Shown: positions 1-11,107 of the stretch, piece after piece
How positions within the stretch are numbered: position 1 is the first letter of the stretch
Layout of the letters: each line of letters opens with the position of its first letter
Assembly: GCA_963674745.2 (NCBI GenBank)
Contig: CAXXDV010000001.1
Coordinates: 1,152,001 to 1,216,000, forward strand
Reading direction: 5' to 3'
DNA: 64,000 nucleotides
Source of the DNA: Desulfosudaceae bacterium
Lineage (GTDB): Bacteria > Desulfobacterota > Desulfobacteria > Desulfobacterales > Desulfosudaceae
Position numbers and translations under genes: made by a program
Notes under the pieces: generated by a model
The model's database searches: none
Seen by the model: the letters and a program-made list of their open reading frames with translations, nothing else
What the model was told of the DNA's origin: nothing

Positions 1-1
1 T

Positions 2-487
2 TTCCTGCTGCAGACACGCAACATGACCATCCGAGAACAGAAAAGCATTCTGATTTTTGACCCCGAAGATGTGCTGGAAAGCGAACGGTTTCTGGGCCAC
101 GGCATCGGCGTAAGCGGCGGCGCCATGGGCGGACGAATTGTTTTTACCCTGGATGAAATCGATCAGTGGTCAAGGGTCGAGCCGGACACGAGCCTGATTC
201 TTGTCAGGCGGGATACCGTGCCGGATGATATCCTTGAGCTTTCTGCTGCGGACGGTCTGCTGACGGCCCGGGGCGGACTTTCCTCACACGCCGCGGTTCT
301 GGCCCACAGCCTGGGCAAAACCTGTGTCGTGGGTTGCAGCAGCCTGATATGCAACGAAGCGGAAAAAACCTGTTTGTTTAATAACGTCCGCCTGTCTTCA
401 GGGGACTATATCAGTATTGACGGTTCTGAGGGGGCCGTTTATCTCGGCTTGCTGAAAACCCGGCAGGTAGAAACCCCCTCTTCTTAA
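2..487 (+). CDS. PEP-utilising (PPDK/PEP synthase-like) protein, C-terminal phosphohistidine swivel domain; 5' end lies upstream of the window
   Basis: The frame is open from the window start (FLLQTRNM...). Motifs G.GVSGGA..G, LVR.DT.P.D, GLLTARGGLSSHAAVLA and ISIDGSEG.VY.G are typical of the His-swivel domain. Confidence 0.8.
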   Translation, partial: FLLQTRNMTIREQKSILIFDPEDVLESERFLGHGIGVSGGAMGGRIVFTLDEIDQWSRVEPDTSLILVRRDTVPDDILELSAADGLLTARGGLSSHAAVLAHSLGKTCVVGCSSLICNEAEKTCLFNNVRLSSGDYISIDGSEGAVYLGLLKTRQVETPSS

Positions 488-529
488 TTTATCAACAAAG
501 GGATAACAAACATATAAGTAGGTGATATC

Positions 530-1786
530 ATGAATGAACAAAATTCCATCAGCCTGGGTATAAACGGATTGGGTCGAATCGGCAAGCTGACCCTGTGGCA
601 TCATGTCGGGCGGAAATTTTTTGACCGGATCGTGGTTAATATCGGACGCCATGCGGGAACGTCCCTGGCGGATATTGCACATTATCTGGAGAGAGATTCA
701 ACCTATGGTGCATTGCATACCTTTTTACATGGCCAAAACGCCGAACCGGTCATCAGCGACATTCACGAACAAAACGGGGAAATGACCATCAATGGTGTCT
801 GCGTACGGTTTTTAAGAACAGAAAGAAACCCGGCCGACATCAACTGGCGTGACCATGACGTAAAAATGGTGGTTGATACGACCGGCAATTTCCTCGATCC
901 GACAACACCGGCCGACCATGCCAAAGGCTCGCTCAGGGGGCATCTGTCAGCGGGCGCGGAAAAGGTTGTTCTTTCCGCACCTTTTAAAATAAAAGACAAA
1001 CAGGCCGACATGCCGGAAGATGCCGTTACGACGGTTATGGGCATCAATGAAAACGATTATGATCCCCGAAAACACCTTCTGGTTTCAAACGCCTCCTGCA
1101 CCACCACCTGTCTGGCCCATATGATCAAACCCGTTCTGGATCATTTCGGTCCCAAAAAGATACTCTCTGCTTCAATGGCCACTGTGCACTCGGCCACAGC
1201 CAGCCAGAATGTTTTAGACCGCCTTGCCAAAGACGGAAAAACCGACCTTCGGAAAAACCGCAGCGTGTTTAACAACATTATTTTAACCACCACCGGTGCA
1301 GCCAAAGCGCTCCGTCTGGTTATCCCGGAAATGAGCCAGATCGGCTTTATCGCTGAATCCGTCAGAATACCCACGGTCACCGGTTCTCTGATTATCCTGG
1401 TATTGAATCTGCAAGAAGACATCAAGGGAGAAGATATTCGACGGGAGCTGGTTCAAAACATATACAGACAGGCAGCCGATGAAGACCCCAGAAAATACCT
1501 TCTATATACGGATCAACAGAATGTGTCCGCGGACATTATTGGCAACCCCAAAGCCGCAACCATTATCGAAGGCAGCGAAATCCACACCAGAACCGCGGAA
1601 GTCGCCATCGACCTTGAGCATGTGCCCGGACTCAATCAAGATATTCTGTCTTCGCTTCCGGATACCGTTCTGAGGGTTCCGGTCACCCAGACGGTCATCT
1701 ATGGGTGGTATGACAACGAAATGGGCAGTTATGTCAATATGCTGGGTGACCGTTGCGTTTCAATAGCAGAAAGTCTGCTGGGGTAA
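530..1786 (+). CDS. gap: Glyceraldehyde-3-phosphate dehydrogenase family protein
   Basis: GINGLGRIG Rossmann motif, SNASCTTTCLA catalytic motif, RIPT..GS and WYDNEMG. Confidence 0.9.
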   Translation: MNEQNSISLGINGLGRIGKLTLWHHVGRKFFDRIVVNIGRHAGTSLADIAHYLERDSTYGALHTFLHGQNAEPVISDIHEQNGEMTINGVCVRFLRTERNPADINWRDHDVKMVVDTTGNFLDPTTPADHAKGSLRGHLSAGAEKVVLSAPFKIKDKQADMPEDAVTTVMGINENDYDPRKHLLVSNASCTTTCLAHMIKPVLDHFGPKKILSASMATVHSATASQNVLDRLAKDGKTDLRKNRSVFNNIILTTTGAAKALRLVIPEMSQIGFIAESVRIPTVTGSLIILVLNLQEDIKGEDIRRELVQNIYRQAADEDPRKYLLYTDQQNVSADIIGNPKAATIIEGSEIHTRTAEVAIDLEHVPGLNQDILSSLPDTVLRVPVTQTVIYGWYDNEMGSYVNMLGDRCVSIAESLLG

Positions 1787-1845
1787 AAGCGCTTGACAAT
1801 CACCGTTTATGCCTTTACGAATAAACACGCCCTTTTTTATGGCCA

Positions 1846-2280
1846 ATGCAAACCGTTCTGAAACCGGATAAGCCCATGTTTGAAAAGAAGATTTTATTCA
1901 TCGACGATGAAGGTTCCCAGCGTGATATTATGGAACGATTTATTCCCAGGCTCGGTTACGCCGTTAAAACGGCAGCTTCCTCCGAATCCGCTCTGGAAAT
2001 ATTAAAAACCGAGTATTTTCCGCTGATCATTACGGATTTAAGTATGCCGGGGATGGATGGGCTGGAACTGTGCCGGCGAATCAAGCAGATAAACCCGAAC
2101 ATTATTATTTACGCCTTGTCCGGTTATATTGCCTCTTTTGAAGAGCAGAAACTTGAAGCCTGTGGATTTGACGGTTATTTGAGCAAGCCCTCCAGTTCCC
2201 AGACACTTAAACAGGCCATTGACGGCGCCTTTGAAATGATAAAACGGCTCCACGCCGACCAGACCGGCCCGGAGGGATAA
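1846..2280 (+). CDS. Single-domain response regulator (CheY-like receiver); alternative start 1876
   Basis: ILFIDDE, IITDLSMPGMDG, LSG and YLSKP receiver motifs. Confidence 0.9.
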   Translation: MQTVLKPDKPMFEKKILFIDDEGSQRDIMERFIPRLGYAVKTAASSESALEILKTEYFPLIITDLSMPGMDGLELCRRIKQINPNIIIYALSGYIASFEEQKLEACGFDGYLSKPSSSQTLKQAIDGAFEMIKRLHADQTGPEG

Positions 2281-2301
2281 TGCGTCCGGGCGCTATTAAT
2301 C

Positions 2302-2340
2302 AAAATAGACACGGCTTTCAGTGTTTGCCGTGTCTATTTT
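2302..2340. terminator. Bidirectional intrinsic terminator between convergent genes
   Basis: 14-bp inverted repeat AAAATAGACACGGC / GCCGTGTCTATTTT. Confidence 0.7.
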
Positions 2341-2397
2341 AAATTTTCGCTTAAAACCGGAATGCCGTTCTCAGGCGCTATTTCCCGGTTATTGAGA

Positions 2398-2985
2398 CTA
2401 TTTTCCCAAAAGGTCCTTGGCCATAACCTGCAGCAGTTTTTCCGTGCGGTCTCCCAACCAAATCCCGAAAAGGGCCTGTTTGACATTCAGCCCCGGAACC
2501 AGAACCTCGGGTTCTGCTTTTCCGTTTTTATAAACATACGTACCTTTTCCTTTTACGTACTGGATCTCAAACACATCTCCCTTGCTGATCTCTTCTGAAA
2601 AGGCCGTCAGGAACAAATCAATTTCCTTTTGAATCGGTTTGGTATTGCCGCCGGTGGACTCCTCAAAGCCGACCAGGGTGGCATGTGTAAACTTTTCCGA
2701 AGAGACCAGGCCGGTCAGGATCTGGATTTTAAGCATCATGGTTTCATCAGCCATAATGATGGCCTGCCCGTCGGAAGTCTTGTTTTTCACATAAAGAGCA
2801 ATCGCGTAAATATCAATGGGAACGAACACGATTTTTTTCGCTCTTACACCAGCACCATTTAAAAACACTTGTTCACCCGCAACCGTCACCGTATCCGGAA
2901 AGGTTACCCCTTCAACAACAACCGCGCCGGCCATCGGCGCCAAAAACAAAATCAAAAATACCGCTACCATAAATTTTCTGATCAT
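2398..2985 (-). CDS. Chalcone isomerase-like family exported protein
   Basis: Signal peptide; LNGAGVR...IYAIALY and ALFGIWLG motifs. Confidence 0.8.
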   Translation of the reverse strand: MIRKFMVAVFLILFLAPMAGAVVVEGVTFPDTVTVAGEQVFLNGAGVRAKKIVFVPIDIYAIALYVKNKTSDGQAIIMADETMMLKIQILTGLVSSEKFTHATLVGFEESTGGNTKPIQKEIDLFLTAFSEEISKGDVFEIQYVKGKGTYVYKNGKAEPEVLVPGLNVKQALFGIWLGDRTEKLLQVMAKDLLGK

Positions 2986-3069
2986 GACTGGTCTCCTTTT
3001 CGTTTTTTAGCAGCTATTGTGTTTTTCTGTTTGGGGTTGTTCCCGACGGTTGATGCCGGGTCTCTTTTA

Positions 3070-4239
3070 TCAGGTTGACAGCGTTGCCGCCAGCACATCC
3101 AGGTAAAACCGGGCATGACTGATATGGGACGCCATGTTGGCCCGGTGGTTGGCAAAAATGCCGTCAAGGTCGCCTTCCAGCACCACCAGCGGATCCATTT
3201 CTGAGGCTTCCTGGCAGGCATGAATGGCATGGTGAAGCACATCCATGGCTCTTCTGGTAACCAGCGTTTCCTGAAAGTCCTCGGTCACGGCTTGCAGAAC
3301 AGGCAGGATCGCCATAGAAACACCCTTGGCATAATAAAAATAATCATCGGCGGCAAATGTGCTCACCGGCGTACCGTCTTTTTCGGTTGCTTTCACCAGG
3401 TTGTCGTCACAACTGCCCAGCAGGTCGGCAAATGCCACCAGCAGGGGAATCAGGTTGTCCGCCCGGGTATAAAACTCGGCATCCCCCGCGATAAGCCGTT
3501 TTTTATAAGTCCGTAACTCCTTCAGCCCTTCTTCATATTTTGATTCCGCTGACGGCAACAGGTAGCTGTCCGGGTCGATCATGAAGCAGTTCATGGCCCG
3601 TTCCAGGTTTTCATCCAGCACATTGGTCGTTCCCGTACGGGAAATCCGCTCCGCCAGCCTTGTCGCCGACCGGCGCGTCGCCTCTAAAATACCCAGTTGA
3701 ATGTTATTCACATTATCCGTGTATTCCACCACGTCATTCGGGCGCCAGCCCAGGTATCGCTCTTTAAGCTCAAAATCAAGCGGTTTTATCACCGCGCTGA
3801 CAAACGCCACGCCCCGGACCTGGGGCTCTGCTGAATGGCCCTCGGCTTCGGTTACCGTTTCGGCATTGCCATGGACGGCCACACCGTGTTTTATGGCTTC
3901 CGCCTTGGGCCTGGAATGAACGGCCTGATTACCGGAAACGGCTTTGGCCGTGGCAGCCTCCGTCTCATCGGCATGCGTCAGATTCTGGTGGCCAACGGCA
4001 CTCTGCGCGTCGGCATGCTGTGCCACCTCGGGCGATGTTGTGCCGGCATGATTGTTCTGACTGACGGGAGCCGCCTGATGAGCGTCGGTGTCTTTGTGAA
4101 TTTTTTCCAGATAATTTATGGCCATTACCGCAACCCATAGGACAAAGGCCGCGATAACCAACGCCCCGAGCACCCTGCCCCAGAAAAAAACGGTGAAATT
4201 ATCCTCCACCGCAGCGTTTTTTTGATTGGACTTCTTCAT
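3070..4239 (-). CDS. DUF2333 family membrane-anchored protein
   Basis: N-terminal TM helix and low-complexity linker; GWRPND, DNVNNIQLG, FYTRADNL, DDYFYYAKG and ANHRANM motifs. Confidence 0.7.
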   Translation of the reverse strand: MKKSNQKNAAVEDNFTVFFWGRVLGALVIAAFVLWVAVMAINYLEKIHKDTDAHQAAPVSQNNHAGTTSPEVAQHADAQSAVGHQNLTHADETEAATAKAVSGNQAVHSRPKAEAIKHGVAVHGNAETVTEAEGHSAEPQVRGVAFVSAVIKPLDFELKERYLGWRPNDVVEYTDNVNNIQLGILEATRRSATRLAERISRTGTTNVLDENLERAMNCFMIDPDSYLLPSAESKYEEGLKELRTYKKRLIAGDAEFYTRADNLIPLLVAFADLLGSCDDNLVKATEKDGTPVSTFAADDYFYYAKGVSMAILPVLQAVTEDFQETLVTRRAMDVLHHAIHACQEASEMDPLVVLEGDLDGIFANHRANMASHISHARFYLDVLAATLST

Positions 4240-4261
4240 AAGGTTCTTTCTCCCTGTTCCA

Positions 4262-6169
4262 CTATCTTAATTTTCTTTCATCTCCAATGCGAATCGTCAC
4301 TTTGAGGGAATCAAAGTATTCAATCAGCGGTATTGTATACTTCCGGGAAACATTTGTCATTTCTTTAAATTCCGGTGTGGAGATTTTTTCATTCTTCTTT
4401 AAAAAATCAACTAACCGTTGTTTAAGCCGTTCAATAACACCTGCCGGAAAATATAAATCCTCTTTTACTTTGACCAGCTTTCCTTCTTCAACCAGATGCA
4501 AAAGCACATCCTTGATCAGCTTTGGTTCTTCTGTTGAAAAATCCGCCAACAGTTCTTTTGTGACCGGTGGTGTCAGGCCCGCATTGTTATAACGATCCAG
4601 TATTTTGCCTCTGACGTCAGCATGAGCGGACGGAAGGGACACGGCATGGCCGGACAGGCGGATAACATCCTCATCCTGACATATTTGCTCTTCTTTCATC
4701 ATGCGAGCCAGCACCAGTTCAACCAGCTTAACCCCCGATTGTCGGCTTATTCTCGACTTGATTTCCTGCTTGGACATCCCTTTCTTTAAAGGGTTGTCCT
4801 TATGAAACCGCTCCAGTATCCCGACAATGGTTTGAGCCGTCTGGTCCATGATCTGATGATGAATGAAAAGCCGTCGGTCTTTGTCAAGCAGCACGATTTT
4901 CCGAACCGACAAGAGCGCATCCAGCGCTTGCTGCAGCATCCGATCACTTGTGTTGGTCATTACTTTGAGCACAACGAAAGACACGCCTTGATCAAGCGCC
5001 TGTCGACACTGAAACAAAATAACCTCTTCAAGCGAACCGGTGTTTAGCTTTTCCAGGGCTTCGGCCAGTGTCCGCCGGTATCGCCTGTGTTTGGACGGCA
5101 CCGGGTTCAGAACACGACCACCGCCAATGGTCCTGATCGGTGAAGAACTCCTGACAACAATTCTGTCATCCCTGACGCAAACCACCGGTGATTTGAGCCG
5201 CAACTGAACGGGTGCTGTTTCACCCGGCAACAGCTCCTCCCGATCCAGCAAAATGACGTTTCCAAAAAACTCGCCTGTTCCCGCATATACCCGCACCGCG
5301 GCGCGGTTCTTCAATGCCTTGGCGTTATTTTTAAGATATTCAAAATAAACATCCAGCATGTAACTGGGCGTCAGCCTGCCCGGCATGCTCAACACGTTTC
5401 CCCGGGAGACGCGTTCTTTGTCAATTCCCTGAAAATTTACGGCCGTTCGCATGCCGGTTTCAGCCTCGACCACCTGTTGACCGTGTACCTGCAAACCACG
5501 GACTTTTGACTGAACTTCGGTAGGATAAAGCTGAACCGTTTCGCCGGTTTTAATTGAGCCCGAAACCAGTGTTCCGGTGATCACCGTTCCAAAGCCCTTC
5601 ATTGAAAAAACCCTGTCAACCGGGAGCCGAAGCAGTCCGTTCTGACTGCGGGCGGGAAGATCGGCCACGATATCGGCCACAATTTGCGGGAATTCAGCCA
5701 TGCCCTGACCGGTTACGGCTGAAACCGGCAGGACCGGCGCGTTCTCCAGAAACGTCCCCCGGGTAAAGTCCTGGATATCTTCTTTGACCAGCTCCCGTAA
5801 TTCTTCATCGACAAGATCGATCTTGGTCAGCAGGACCAGCCCGTGGGTAATTCCCAGCAAGGTACAAATATCCATGTGCTCGCGGGTCTGAGGCATGACA
5901 CCTTCATCAGCGGCAATGATCATGGCCACCAGATCGATACCGGAGGCACCGGCCACCATGTTTTTGATAAACTTTTCGTGCCCCGGCACATCTACAATAC
6001 CGACCAGTTGCCCCCCCGGCAGGCGCAGGGAGGCAAAGCCCAGCTCTATCGTTATGCCGCGCCGTTTTTCTTCCTGCAGCCGATCGGGGTCGATGCCGGT
6101 CAGCGCCTTTACAAAGCTGGATTTGCCATGATCAATATGGCCTGCCGTGCCCAGAACGAATTGATCCAA
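4262..6169 (-). CDS. selB: Selenocysteine-specific elongation factor SelB
   Basis: [27 protein letters not shown] and TKID GTPase motifs; C-terminal winged helix [13 protein letters not shown]. Confidence 0.97.
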   Translation of the reverse strand: MDQFVLGTAGHIDHGKSSFVKALTGIDPDRLQEEKRRGITIELGFASLRLPGGQLVGIVDVPGHEKFIKNMVAGASGIDLVAMIIAADEGVMPQTREHMDICTLLGITHGLVLLTKIDLVDEELRELVKEDIQDFTRGTFLENAPVLPVSAVTGQGMAEFPQIVADIVADLPARSQNGLLRLPVDRVFSMKGFGTVITGTLVSGSIKTGETVQLYPTEVQSKVRGLQVHGQQVVEAETGMRTAVNFQGIDKERVSRGNVLSMPGRLTPSYMLDVYFEYLKNNAKALKNRAAVRVYAGTGEFFGNVILLDREELLPGETAPVQLRLKSPVVCVRDDRIVVRSSSPIRTIGGGRVLNPVPSKHRRYRRTLAEALEKLNTGSLEEVILFQCRQALDQGVSFVVLKVMTNTSDRMLQQALDALLSVRKIVLLDKDRRLFIHHQIMDQTAQTIVGILERFHKDNPLKKGMSKQEIKSRISRQSGVKLVELVLARMMKEEQICQDEDVIRLSGHAVSLPSAHADVRGKILDRYNNAGLTPPVTKELLADFSTEEPKLIKDVLLHLVEEGKLVKVKEDLYFPAGVIERLKQRLVDFLKKNEKISTPEFKEMTNVSRKYTIPLIEYFDSLKVTIRIGDERKLR

Positions 6170-6185
6170 CAGAACGCCTCCAATT

Positions 6186-6365
6186 CTATTCCCTGTTCTT
6201 GCGCCTGCCCCTTAAATAATCAAAGACATACGCCAGAAACACCAGAAGGATACCAACCTCGGCGATGGTTGTCCAGGTCGCTTCCGGAAAGAAAATTCTT
6301 GTCAAAAAGAAAGCGAAAAAAGCGCCCATCAGCGCTCTGATAATGAAAATCATCAGTTTCGTCAT
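6186..6365 (-). CDS. Small two-TM hypothetical membrane protein
   Basis: Hydrophobic 59-aa ORF from MTKLMIF, directly upstream of selB. Confidence 0.55.
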   Translation of the reverse strand: MTKLMIFIIRALMGAFFAFFLTRIFFPEATWTTIAEVGILLVFLAYVFDYLRGRRKNRE

Positions 6366-6451
6366 AGCGGTTACCTTGAAAAGCAAAAAACCCAACCTGC
6401 GATTTTTACAGATAATACAGACATCGGCCGGGGTCAATCTATTAATCAAAA

Positions 6452-6488
6452 AGAAAGAGCCCGGCTGAACAACAACCGGGCTCTTTCT
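6452..6488 (-). terminator. Intrinsic terminator of the Fe-S selenoprotein gene
   Basis: AGAAAGAGCCCGG / CCGGGCTCTTTCT 13-bp inverted repeat followed by a T-run on the minus strand. Confidence 0.7.
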
Positions 6489-6518
6489 GGTTCATTAGCA
6501 TATGGTTCGATCGCTTAG

Positions 6519-7838
6519 TTACAACTCCGTCTCAGGATGAAAGACGTTGACACCCTTAAGGTCGTCATGCAGATATTCCCGCTCATTGGGACCCAAAATG
6601 CCCAAAGATAGCGCGATCAGTGTCCATAAATGTACCACGCCGTAATGGGCGCCGTAATGCTCGCTGAGCTCATGGATCTGGGCATGGCAGTTATGACAGG
6701 CCGCAATGCAGTAATCGGCGCCGGTGCGCTGAACCTGTTCGTCTTTGATCCGACCGTATTCAAGCCGCTGTTCCTTGAATCCGGACTGCAAAAACCCGCC
6801 GCCGCCGCCGCAGCAGAAATTATTGGATTTGTTGGGCGTCATATCAATAAAATTTTCTTCACCCACCACGGACTTGACCACAAACCGAAGGTCATCAGCC
6901 ACCGCATCACCAAAGCTTTTGCGAACAATCTGGCAGGGGTCCTGGACCGTGAACTTGACTTTCAAGTCCTTGTTCCAGTCGGAGTTGACCTTGAGCTTGC
7001 CCTCCCGAATCCATTTGGCGTAATACTCATAAATGCTCTTTATTTCCAGGTTGGTGTCAATGTTGAATTTTTTCTGTCCGGCCCGGACAGAGAAAGTGAC
7101 GTGCCCTCACTCGGTATTGAGATACGTCTTACATCCAAGCTTCTGGGCATGCTCCAGAGACGAGCGGGTAATATGCTCCCAACCGCTGTCATCAGCCAGA
7201 AACATACAATAGTTTTCACCGCCCCAACCGATGCTGCCGTAAGTCCAGTCAACACCGGCAAGGTGAAGAATTTTCCACAGCGGCACCAGTTCATCCGGCT
7301 CCGTGACCGGCTCTCTGGAGTTCTGGTTCAAAAAGAACTCAGCACCCTCTTTATCGATCGGCGCTTCCATATCCTTGAATTCCGGCTGTTCCTCCCGGTA
7401 CTGTTCCAGCACGTCCTCGACCACAAACTCAAAATCCTCACTGGTCGCGCCCATGGCACTGCAGCCTTCGGTTTTCAACGCCATATCACAGGAGCCGAGG
7501 ATGCCCTTGGGTCGTTCTTCTCTGGGTCGCTCAGCCCGCACGTTATAGACCAGTTGGGGAATATTGATTTCCATGGGGCAAACGTAAACACATCGCTGGC
7601 ACATGCTGCACATCCAGGGCCAGTTGGACTGTCGGATCTCTTCGTCCATTCCCAGGGCAGCCATGCGTAAAAATTTCCGGGGATCCATCCCGTCCAGTCC
7701 GGTTGCCGGACAACCGGAGGCGCAGGCACCGCAGGTCAGACACAGGTTAAGGTTTCCGCCTTCAGGCAGCAGCTCCTTGACCTTGTCCATCAACGAACTT
7801 TCTTTCTTTTTTCCAAGCTTTATTGCTTCTTCCGCCAT
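6519..7838 (-). CDS. HdrD/GlpC-type (Fe-S)-binding oxidoreductase, selenoprotein (UGA at 7107-7109 read as Sec, 439 aa)
   Basis: Two CxxCxxCxxxCP clusters, then NTE-UGA-GH at a position usually Cys (xECGH). The frame continues open into QDPCQ, CCGGGGG and ACHNC CCG-domain motifs. A SECIS-like hairpin follows the UGA. Confidence 0.9.
7069..7095 (-). promoter_or_regulatory. Putative bacterial SECIS element
   Basis: mRNA UUUCUCUGUCCG-GGC-CGGACAGAAAAA hairpin with a G-containing apical loop 23 nt after the UGA. Confidence 0.8.
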
Positions 7839-7983
7839 CTCTTCAAATCCTCCGTTTTTTCTGTATTTACCCGTAAAAAACTGTGGCTGTTAACCAGCCA
7901 TATATTTTAAAACACACAAATTAATATTTTTATCATATCCGGAAACAGGATACAATCTTTTTTTAATGTTCGGAAATTCTGGG

Positions 7984-9234
7984 CTAAACGATAAACCGTG
8001 TGGCCATGTCCCGGGAGGCTCTGGTGGATTCGCGCATCTTTTTGGCACAACCGCTGACTTCCTGGCTTTTGCTGGCGATACTGCTGGCAGAATGATCTAC
8101 AGCGGCTATATCCTTGGCGATTTCAGCAGCTACCATCGAGGATTGGGCGATGTTTTCATTTACTTCGCCAATACCGCTGGCCGCTTTGGCGACGTTGCTG
8201 GCAATTTCCTTGGTAGTGGTCGTCTGCTGCTCAACCGCGGTTGCGATAGTGGCCACCATTTCGTTAACTTCATGAATAATACCGGTAATTTGATTGATTT
8301 CAGTAATGGTGCCCGCGGTAGAATGCTGGATCCCTTCTATTTTCTGCTTGATTTCCATGGTCGCCTCAGAGGTGGCTGCCGCCAACTCCTTGATTTCATT
8401 GGCGACCACAGCAAAGCCTTTGCCGTATTCACCGGCCCGGGCGGCCTCGATAGTGGCGTTCAATGCCAGCAGGTTGGTCTGATCCGAAATTTCCGCTATG
8501 GTTTCAAGAACTTCTTCAATTTCCCGGGCCGCTCTGCCGAGCTGCTCAACCTGATCCGAGGCCTTTTTGGCCTGAGAAACAGCGCTCTCTGTAATTGTGC
8601 TGGCGTTTTCAGAGTTTTTTGCCACCTCGGTAATCGTGGCCGTCATTTCTTCGGTTGCGGAGGCGACTGTTTTCACATTCGATGCGGCATTATCCATGGT
8701 TTCCGAAACCGATTCCATGTTGGCGTTCATCTCTTCGGCCGCTCCGGCTACGGCATTGGTTCTCATCCGGTTGTTGTCAATCAGCTTTATCATGGACTCG
8801 GTTATCTCGATCAACTCCTCAGCGGACTCGTCGACAATGGTGGATTGATCACGGGTGGTGGCCATGATGAGCTGCATTTTCTTCATGAATTTGTTAAACC
8901 ATTTGGCCAGTTCTCCTTTTTCATCATGCACATATTCGGTATCGCTCCGCTCAGACTCTTTTACCCGAGCCGTCAGATCACTTTTTTCCTCAAACAAATC
9001 AACTGAAATCTGTTTGCCGATTTCAATGATCTCTTTGACCGGTGCGAGCACGCCCCCGAGGAGAAACCACAGGGCCAGACAAAGAAAGGCGACCATTATG
9101 ATGCCCAGTATCCAGAAAGCAATAATGGAGTCGCGAACAGTCGACATCAACAACAGCATCACCACCGCTATCGTTACAATCGAAAACAGCAGCTTCTGTC
9201 TGACACCGGCTCGTTTGATCTTTTCGGAAAGCAT
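7984..9234 (-). CDS. Methyl-accepting chemotaxis protein (2 TM, HAMP, MCP signalling domain)
   Basis: [37 protein letters not shown] signature. Confidence 0.95.
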   Translation of the reverse strand: MLSEKIKRAGVRQKLLFSIVTIAVVMLLLMSTVRDSIIAFWILGIIMVAFLCLALWFLLGGVLAPVKEIIEIGKQISVDLFEEKSDLTARVKESERSDTEYVHDEKGELAKWFNKFMKKMQLIMATTRDQSTIVDESAEELIEITESMIKLIDNNRMRTNAVAGAAEEMNANMESVSETMDNAASNVKTVASATEEMTATITEVAKNSENASTITESAVSQAKKASDQVEQLGRAAREIEEVLETIAEISDQTNLLALNATIEAARAGEYGKGFAVVANEIKELAAATSEATMEIKQKIEGIQHSTAGTITEINQITGIIHEVNEMVATIATAVEQQTTTTKEIASNVAKAASGIGEVNENIAQSSMVAAEIAKDIAAVDHSASSIASKSQEVSGCAKKMRESTRASRDMATRFIV

Positions 9235-9362
9235 ATCCGCCTCTTGTTAAATTGATACCGATAAAAACGTCAGCACCATACCCGTCTTTTTATGGTGACA
9301 ATATTCAATAACCCTCAACATGTCAAGTGTTTGCTGCCTGTTGAAAAGCGGCTGAGGTTTTT

Positions 9363-11060
9363 TCATATGCGGCCTTTTCTGAGGATACCGATTAACAGCC
9401 ACACACCCATAATAGCCGCACCGGCAAACCCGATAATGCCGAACAGGGAAATGCCGAAAACCAGCGGGGGGACCTTGGTCGTAACAATCATGGCCGATCC
9501 GATCAGCAAGGCCGCAATAATAATGGAAAACGAGAGCCGGTTGCTGACCCGGTCGTGGGTGTTCATGAGCTTTTCAAGTCCTTTATGCTCAACATTGATG
9601 GTGATTTTTCCTTCTTTGAGGCGCCGGGAAATATCCAGCAGATCGTCCGGAAACTGCCGGGTAAAATGATGCAGGCCCCCGACTGTTCCGGCTATCTCCT
9701 CAACCACGCGACGGGGCATGTATCTGGCCAGCATGACCTTGCGGGCAAACGGCGTGGCATGAAGAATAACATCAAAATCCGGGTCCATCTGCCTGGCTAT
9801 ATTTTCAATGGTGCCCAGCGCTTTCATCATCAGAAACATATTGGGCGGTAACCGCAGACGATGTGTGGTCAACATGATCAGCAGGTGCTGCAGCAGCTTG
9901 CCGATTTCTATCTCTTTTATCGGTTTATAAAAATGCTGGCCGATAAATTCGCCCAGATCCCGTTCCAGGGCAACAGCGTCGGGCTCTCTATCCCAGATGG
10001 CGATTTGAAGCAGCACACGGGTGGCTTTGGGAATTTTTTGTCGCACCAGGCCGTCCAGAAGATCAACAAACAGCTCCCGGTGTTTCAAATCGACATGCCC
10101 CACCATGCCATAGTCAATCGGACAAATAATATTACCGGGAAGAATAAAAAGGTTTCCCGGATGCGGATCGGCATGAAAAAAACCGTTAATAAAGACCTGT
10201 TTCATGGTCAGATCCGTACCCCGTTTGGTAATGAGTTTCTTGTCATATCCTTCGGCTTCAAGTCGCGGAAGGTCAGAAATCTTGATGCCGTCAATGTATT
10301 CCAGTGTCAACACCCGTGATGTGGTGTACCGGCGGAAGACGTCCGGCACGTAAATGGTATCATCACCCGCGAAGAGCCGGGCAAACCGCTCCACGTTAGA
10401 CGCTTCAAAAGTGAAGTCCATTTCATGTTCCAGCACCCGGGCGAACTCTTCCACGATTTTGGTCGGTCTGTGGGGCGCGAATTCTTCGACATTACGTTCC
10501 AGAACCCCGGCCAGGTAAAGCATAATCTCCAGGTCCACTTCGATGGTTTTTTTGATACCCGGACGCTGCACTTTCACCGCTACGGTTTGTCCGCTATGCA
10601 GTCGGGCCTTGTATACCTGGGCGATTGAAGCCGACGCAATCGGCCGGGATTCCATTGTCTGGAACTGTTGGGCAAGCGGCGTTTCAAACTCCTGGGATAT
10701 CAACGCCTCTATGGCCTCAAAGGAACAGGGGGGAACATTGTCCTGAAGCTGGGCCAGCTCATTGACAATATCAATGGGAATCAGTCCCGGCTGAGAAGAA
10801 AGCACCTGCCCGAGCTTGATAAAGGTCGGTCCGAGCTCTTCAAAGGCCATACGAACACGCTCGGCCCGGGAAAGCCGGGTCGTATGTTCCCGCTGTTTTC
10901 TGGAAATCATCTGCAGACCGGTCTCAATATACTGCTCGATCTTCAACAGATCTACAAATTCACCCAATCCATACTTGAAAAAAATCGTCAGTATCTGACG
11001 ATAACGCGTCAAGTGCCGATAGGTTCTGCCGATAATTCCAATTTGTCTTATACTGAACAT
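9363..11060 (-). CDS. ubiB: AarF/UbiB (ABC1) family atypical kinase
   Basis: LGPTFIKLGQ, ASASIAQV, VAVKVQRP, HADPHPGN and DYGMVG motifs; C-terminal TMs. Confidence 0.9.
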   Translation of the reverse strand: MFSIRQIGIIGRTYRHLTRYRQILTIFFKYGLGEFVDLLKIEQYIETGLQMISRKQREHTTRLSRAERVRMAFEELGPTFIKLGQVLSSQPGLIPIDIVNELAQLQDNVPPCSFEAIEALISQEFETPLAQQFQTMESRPIASASIAQVYKARLHSGQTVAVKVQRPGIKKTIEVDLEIMLYLAGVLERNVEEFAPHRPTKIVEEFARVLEHEMDFTFEASNVERFARLFAGDDTIYVPDVFRRYTTSRVLTLEYIDGIKISDLPRLEAEGYDKKLITKRGTDLTMKQVFINGFFHADPHPGNLFILPGNIICPIDYGMVGHVDLKHRELFVDLLDGLVRQKIPKATRVLLQIAIWDREPDAVALERDLGEFIGQHFYKPIKEIEIGKLLQHLLIMLTTHRLRLPPNMFLMMKALGTIENIARQMDPDFDVILHATPFARKVMLARYMPRRVVEEIAGTVGGLHHFTRQFPDDLLDISRRLKEGKITINVEHKGLEKLMNTHDRVSNRLSFSIIIAALLIGSAMIVTTKVPPLVFGISLFGIIGFAGAAIMGVWLLIGILRKGRI

Positions 11061-11107
11061 CCGATGTTCCGCCGGGTTTTGTCTTTAGGGCCCCTTTATC
11101 GCAACCG

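Noticed and set aside
6630..7670. 346-aa plus-strand ORF
   Set aside because: Antisense shadow of the Fe-S selenoprotein; no motifs. Its continuity across the UGA region is consistent with one coding unit on the minus strand.
6519..7838. Pseudogene or two-gene interpretation of the Fe-S protein
   Set aside because: Sec read-through is better supported: a single in-frame TGA at a Cys position, a SECIS-like hairpin and nearby selB.
7966..9006. 346-aa plus-strand ORF
   Set aside because: Antisense shadow of the MCP gene.
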